From contig NW_024704743.1 of NCBI RefSeq assembly GCF_018977255.1, positions 38,814,001-38,878,000 on the forward strand: a stretch of DNA of 64,000 nucleotides, read 5' to 3'. The position numbers and the translations under genes are program-made. Shown here in pieces: positions 62,946 through 64,000 of this stretch. The notes under the pieces were generated by a model. It had not been told where the DNA came from, searched no databases, and was given only the letters and a program-made list of their open reading frames with translations. Origin of the DNA: Callorhinchus milii (lineage: Eukaryota). Position 1 is the first letter of the stretch; every line of letters starts with the position of its first letter.

Positions 62946-63844
62946 ACAATGCAATCATTGTTCATGCTTACGTGCAACTTAAAATTCTTGCCAACATTGC
63001 AGCATGAGTTCAGTGTGTGCAGACTTGGGAATAGTCGGTGTGCAGTTACCTGATATTCTGCTGTAGTACAACAGGCCTTTGTGTTTCCAGGCTGGGGTAA
63101 GAGTAAAACATCAGCCAGGATTCTTGAAGTGTTGGAGTGTAGATACCAGAAATAGTGTATGATTGGGCACATTGAGGACAAGATTGGCCATGATATTCCC
63201 CATGGATAGATTTCCTGTCTCTGCTCACCACTTACACCTGAAGAATGATCCCTTTAATAAGGTAACATTCGATAAGGTACTAATACTAGTGGAAGTGCAT
63301 CCCAGCATGAGACATAGCCTGGAAGAGAAGAGGAAATACTGGGAAAGAAAAATGATCACCTTACTTGCACTTTAGAGTGGTTTTGTTCTGTTTAGTGATG
63401 ATATTTGGGGAGTAATAAACAGAGCCACTTTATCTTCGAGTTGTCACTTCACCTGTTTCACGATTTTGATGAACACAACATCTTTGATACTATTTTTCCT
63501 AAAACCGCCTGAACTGATAGCACTGCTAGAGTTAAATTATATACTTTGTGACAGCAGGAGAGCAATGTGCCGTTATTATTGCAGTTGAGAATGTAGATTA
63601 CAAATGCCAAGGGGAAACGCAAAGTGCAGTGGGCTTGATCATTGCCCTTTTGCCTGAGGGATTGGTTTTTAAATCCAGCTCAGACTAATGAGCTGAAAAT
63701 GACACAGGTTTCCTCTGTCAATGGCTTGAATTTGGGCATGGGGCCACAGCAAAAAACTGCCTGTAAATTGGCACTGTTTTCTGGTGAATTGGCAATCTCA
63801 ATCACTCTTGTCTTCTGTGAGAAACAGAGCTTTCACATTAATAT

Positions 63845-64000
63845 GATAATAATCATCATAATAGTCCTTGCATTTGATATAGCGCCTTATCATGTCTTCT
63901 AGACATCTCAAAGCGCTTCACAGCATATATTGTAAAGTGAATTGACTGTTTTGTGGGCAAACTGTGGCAGGCAATTGTGCACATCAGTGTTCCACAAACA
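63845..64000 (-). mobile_element. SINE 3' part, runs off the window
   Basis: CCTTGCATTTGATATAGCGCC..AAAGCGCTTCACAG..CCACAAACA. Confidence 0.8.

Overview
Vertebrate (repeat content points to a cartilaginous fish, probably a chimaera/shark; inference) genomic scaffold, not prokaryotic. Two spliced protein-coding genes lie on the + strand: MARCHF11 (RING-CH E3 ligase; exons 2-4 at 21778-21933, 29160-29352, 34890-35215; exon 1 not found) and a divergent ASB1/ASB12-clade ankyrin + SOCS-box gene (50160-50795, 52161-52347, 54511-54644, ~318 aa). The ASB gene has a candidate GC-box minisatellite/RFX X-box promoter and first exon at ~46220-46712. Bases 1-13896 are a near-identical inverted copy of 34366-49407 and end exactly at a 30-N gap, so they are most likely an uncollapsed second haplotype. 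Comparing the arms shows a presence/absence L2 insertion and VNTR length differences. The rest is AT-rich intron/intergenic DNA dense in L2 and CR1 LINEs (one near-full-length L2 at ~57125-60440) and tRNA-derived SINEs with Deu-like bodies and L2-type tails. It also holds a MITE-like hairpin element, a 258-bp local inverted repeat, and a decayed composite in MARCHF11 intron 3 containing a spliced Harbinger-type Myb/SANT pseudogene and possible Gypsy gag/protease remnants. Most long ORFs in the supplied track are microsatellite or repeat artefacts.
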